Below are positions 61,422-64,000 of a stretch of 64,000 bases of DNA, piece after piece (the stretch's first letter is position 1; every line of letters starts with the position of its first letter). The position numbers and the translations under genes were made by a program. The stretch is from positions 14,570,001 through 14,634,000 of the forward strand of contig NC_043016.1 of NCBI RefSeq assembly GCF_006345805.1. Direction: 5' to 3'. The notes beneath the pieces were generated by a model that was not told the origin of the DNA, did not search any database, and saw only the letters and a list, made by a program, of their open reading frames with translations. Source of the stretch: Octopus sinensis (lineage: Eukaryota).

Positions 61422-62471
61422 CCCTTTCGTTACTATATTTCTGACCAAAATACAACCCTTATGTGTTTCAATCAATTTCTAACATAATCATAAATTTAGT
61501 CTGGTTTCATTAACAACTATAACTTTTTTATTTATCAATATATTAACGTGAATTTTGGAAGAAAATTTATGAATGTTCTCAACCAATTCTATACTATAAT
61601 TTTTGTCACAAAGTGACTCTAATTGCAGGTAGATACAGGTAAATTCCACAAAATATAAAATTATTAAAATTTTGTTCAAACATCGCTATAGAAAATGGGT
61701 TATTAGCTATATTCAATGGGTATACAACAAAATTTTACGATAGAATTTGTTATTCTGGGTAACTTTCTGATACCCATAATAATATTTATGGCAAAATAGT
61801 CTTAATTTCATTTAAGGTTGTGGGAAACCACTTTCTTTTGTTTAGCGTAACGGTTCGTTTCCACCGTAATGATTTCAAATAGGCTCATTTGAAAAAGTAA
61901 AAAGAAATAGTCTAAGGCTTTACTCTCCTGGGAAAGTCTGTGGCTTGGTCCAGTTTCTTCAGAAAAATCACCGAAAGAAACAGTTTTTAAATTTTCACTC
62001 CATTCAGGTGCCAATTCATTTTCTTTATCACTGTCGGAGCTCTCGGATTCACTGTTTTCACTTTCGGAAAATGAAACATCAGATTCATTATCAAATACCA
62101 CATGCTTTTTTTTTTCAGTCATAGAGTTAGATTTATGAAGGTCTTCAGTAGAAAATCCTTCGAATTCTGACTCGCTGCTTGATATAATGAAATTCGTATC
62201 CATTTTTCGTCAGAATTACAAATTTTGAAAACACAATAGGAACAAATTTCGGAAAAAAATCTCCCAAAATTCACAGAATTAAAATACACTTCGATTTTTG
62301 TACAAAACTGTAGTTGAACTCTTTACGAAGTATAATACGTATTTTCACGAATGTACTAAAGAGATTTGCTCTGATATTCTCATTTAAATATGAATAGGTA
62401 AATTCGGGCGGCTTTGGGCGGTTTGGTCACATTAACCAAAATTTTTTTTGGCCGGTTTGGTAATGAAAGGG
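61422..62471 (-). mobile_element. Internally deleted piggyBac transposon
   Basis: TTAA on both sides (61418-61421, 62472-62475); TIR CCCTTTC(G/A)TTAC; ORF 61808-62203 = acidic N-terminus plus W..F..GP..LDYF.LLF..LF..I..ETNRYA.Q. Confidence 0.92.
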
Positions 62472-63134
62472 TTAATGTAACTTTACACCAATTTAGTAGA
62501 ATTACATTTTGTTAATGGGTGTAATGTAGTTTTCTTCAAAAGGAAAATACAATTGTGTCGGCAGTTGGTATAATTTGTATGGTGTGGGGTATGTTCTTGG
62601 AAACAGAAACACATTTCTCTAATATTCAGACTAGCATTTTCTATTTATAAATATTTTTCCTGAAAGAATCCATTCTACATTTTGAAAATTACATTGTACC
62701 ACAGATTATAATATAAGAAAAATTATGCTGGCAGTTTGCAAAACAACTGAGAAAGATTGTGAAATAGAAGTGGGTCAGAGAATAAATGGCTCACCTATAT
62801 TTTAAGAAAAATACTCTGTATGTCTTATTTAACAAGGATATAATTCAAGAAAGCCAAAATATTGCTGTATTTGTCTTGAGAAAGCATCTTGTAAAGACGT
62901 TTAGTGCTAAAGAGAACAGAGATATATCAGTAGCAGATGGAAGATGTCAGCAACAACAGCAGTGGGGGCTGCTCAATCATGGGATTTCTGAATGTTTGTG
63001 CATCATCAGTGGCAAGTATCTACTATCAACACCACTTAAACACATTTCCTCTCTTACTGATACTTCACTGCTTTTTAGCACTATTCACCCAGATGAGATG
63101 CTTTTCATGGTGAATACCACAAGGATGTAGCTTT

Positions 63135-63358
63135 ATTTCTTTAAAGGGCTAAACATAGAGGAGACAAACAAGGACAGACAAAGGGATTAAGTCGATTACA
63201 TCAACCCCAGTGTGTAACTGGTACTTAATTTATCGACCCTGAAAGGATGAATTGCAAAGTTGACCTTGGCAGAATTTGAACTCAGAACATAATGGCAGAC
63301 AAAATACCGCGAAGCATTTCGCCCGGCATGCTAACGATTCTACCAGCTTGCTGCCTTC
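63135..63358 (-). mobile_element. MetaSINE-type tRNA SINE with 15-bp TSD
   Basis: Central gcaattcatcctttcagggtcgataaattaagtaccag (Meta-domain-like); CAAGGATGTAGCTTT at 63120-63134 and 63359-63373. Confidence 0.85.
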
Positions 63359-63554
63359 CAAGGATGTAGCTTTCTTTTAGTCATCCATGTCATATAAAAT
63401 ACAGATATTACCTTTCAGTACTGATACTGCTTTTGTTGCTAGTAACTAAATTTTTATAGGTTTTATTGTTATATTGAAAATAGAGTCAGAAAGTTTGGGG
63501 ATCTTCAGGTTGGAGTTTTTTTAATGACTGTATTATAAAAGAGTGAAGTGAAAC

Positions 63555-63880
63555 TATAGTTGTGGCCAATGTTGGTGTCATGTAACCGGCACGTAAAAAG
63601 CACCTTTTGAGCATTGGGCGTCACAGAGGCAAAGTGGATGATGCTGGTGGCACATGGAAAGCTCCTTTCAAGTCTTTCGTAAAGACAATGACAAATGACC
63701 AAGACCTTGGCATTATGTCATGCTTGAGAAGAAGACCCATCAAGCCAAGTAAAATCGTAGGCATGACAGATACTGGTGTCATGCAAATAGCACCCATACT
63801 GGTGACATGTAAAAGTACCCATTACACTCTCAGAGTGGTTGGCATTAGGAAGGGCATCCAGCCATAGCAAACCATGCCAT
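63555..63880 (+). mobile_element. 3' end of family P-related LINE (long-unit subfamily)
   Basis: ggcacgtaaaaagcacc..., actctcagagtggttggcattaggaagggcatccagcc. Confidence 0.8.
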
Positions 63881-64000
63881 AAAACTGGATGTTATAACTT
63901 CATTTTTGCAGTTAATCAAATCAACATAATCCTGTGTTTTAAAATTAATTTTGCTAGGTAGTTTGAAATTTCTTAATTATTAACGAGGTATTCAGGGAAA

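Noticed and set aside
62965-63015. CTGATGA...GAAA on the minus strand
   Set aside because: Only a 2-bp stem II and no stem I pairing; consistent with chance.
62786-63130. 114-aa ORF on +
   Set aside because: No recognisable domain, no similarity to SGLT exons, ends at a SINE target site.

Overview
AT-rich, microsatellite-dense eukaryotic DNA. The SINE/LINE families and microsatellite load look like an octopod cephalopod (Octopus-like) genome; the organism is my inference. One host gene is supported: the first three coding exons of a sodium/sugar cotransporter (SLC5A, SGLT-like) on + at 27744-27839, 51298-51366 and 56089-56193, with a 23.5 kb first intron; no further exon was found in the window. 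Most other sequence is transposon-derived: two near full-length decayed RTE/BovB-like LINEs on - (about 6.7-11.2 kb and 22.6-26.7 kb), many pieces of a second RTE-like LINE group (PHD-like finger inside the RT, tandem 3' UTR, (GAT)n tail), an L1/Tx1-type relic with a nested mariner, two more mariner relics, an internally deleted piggyBac, MITEs and at least four tRNA-SINE families. No ORF-track entry corresponds to an intact autonomous transposon, and most short ORFs are microsatellite artefacts. The most interesting signals are RNA structures inside the retroelements, all folded by hand and untested: (1) a complete canonical type I hammerhead ribozyme at 20721-20800 (-) plus a minimal one near 41.17 kb; (2) a 200-nt, pseudoknot-rich 5' module shared at about 92% identity by two LINEs whose proteins are only about 60% identical, both starting at the same nucleotide; (3) a precise GT-AG intron-like insert in one LINE 5' UTR; (4) tandem arrays of a compact H-type pseudoknot in LINE 3' UTRs; (5) a local TSD-flanked copy of a dead LINE's 3' end together with its idiosyncratic tail.
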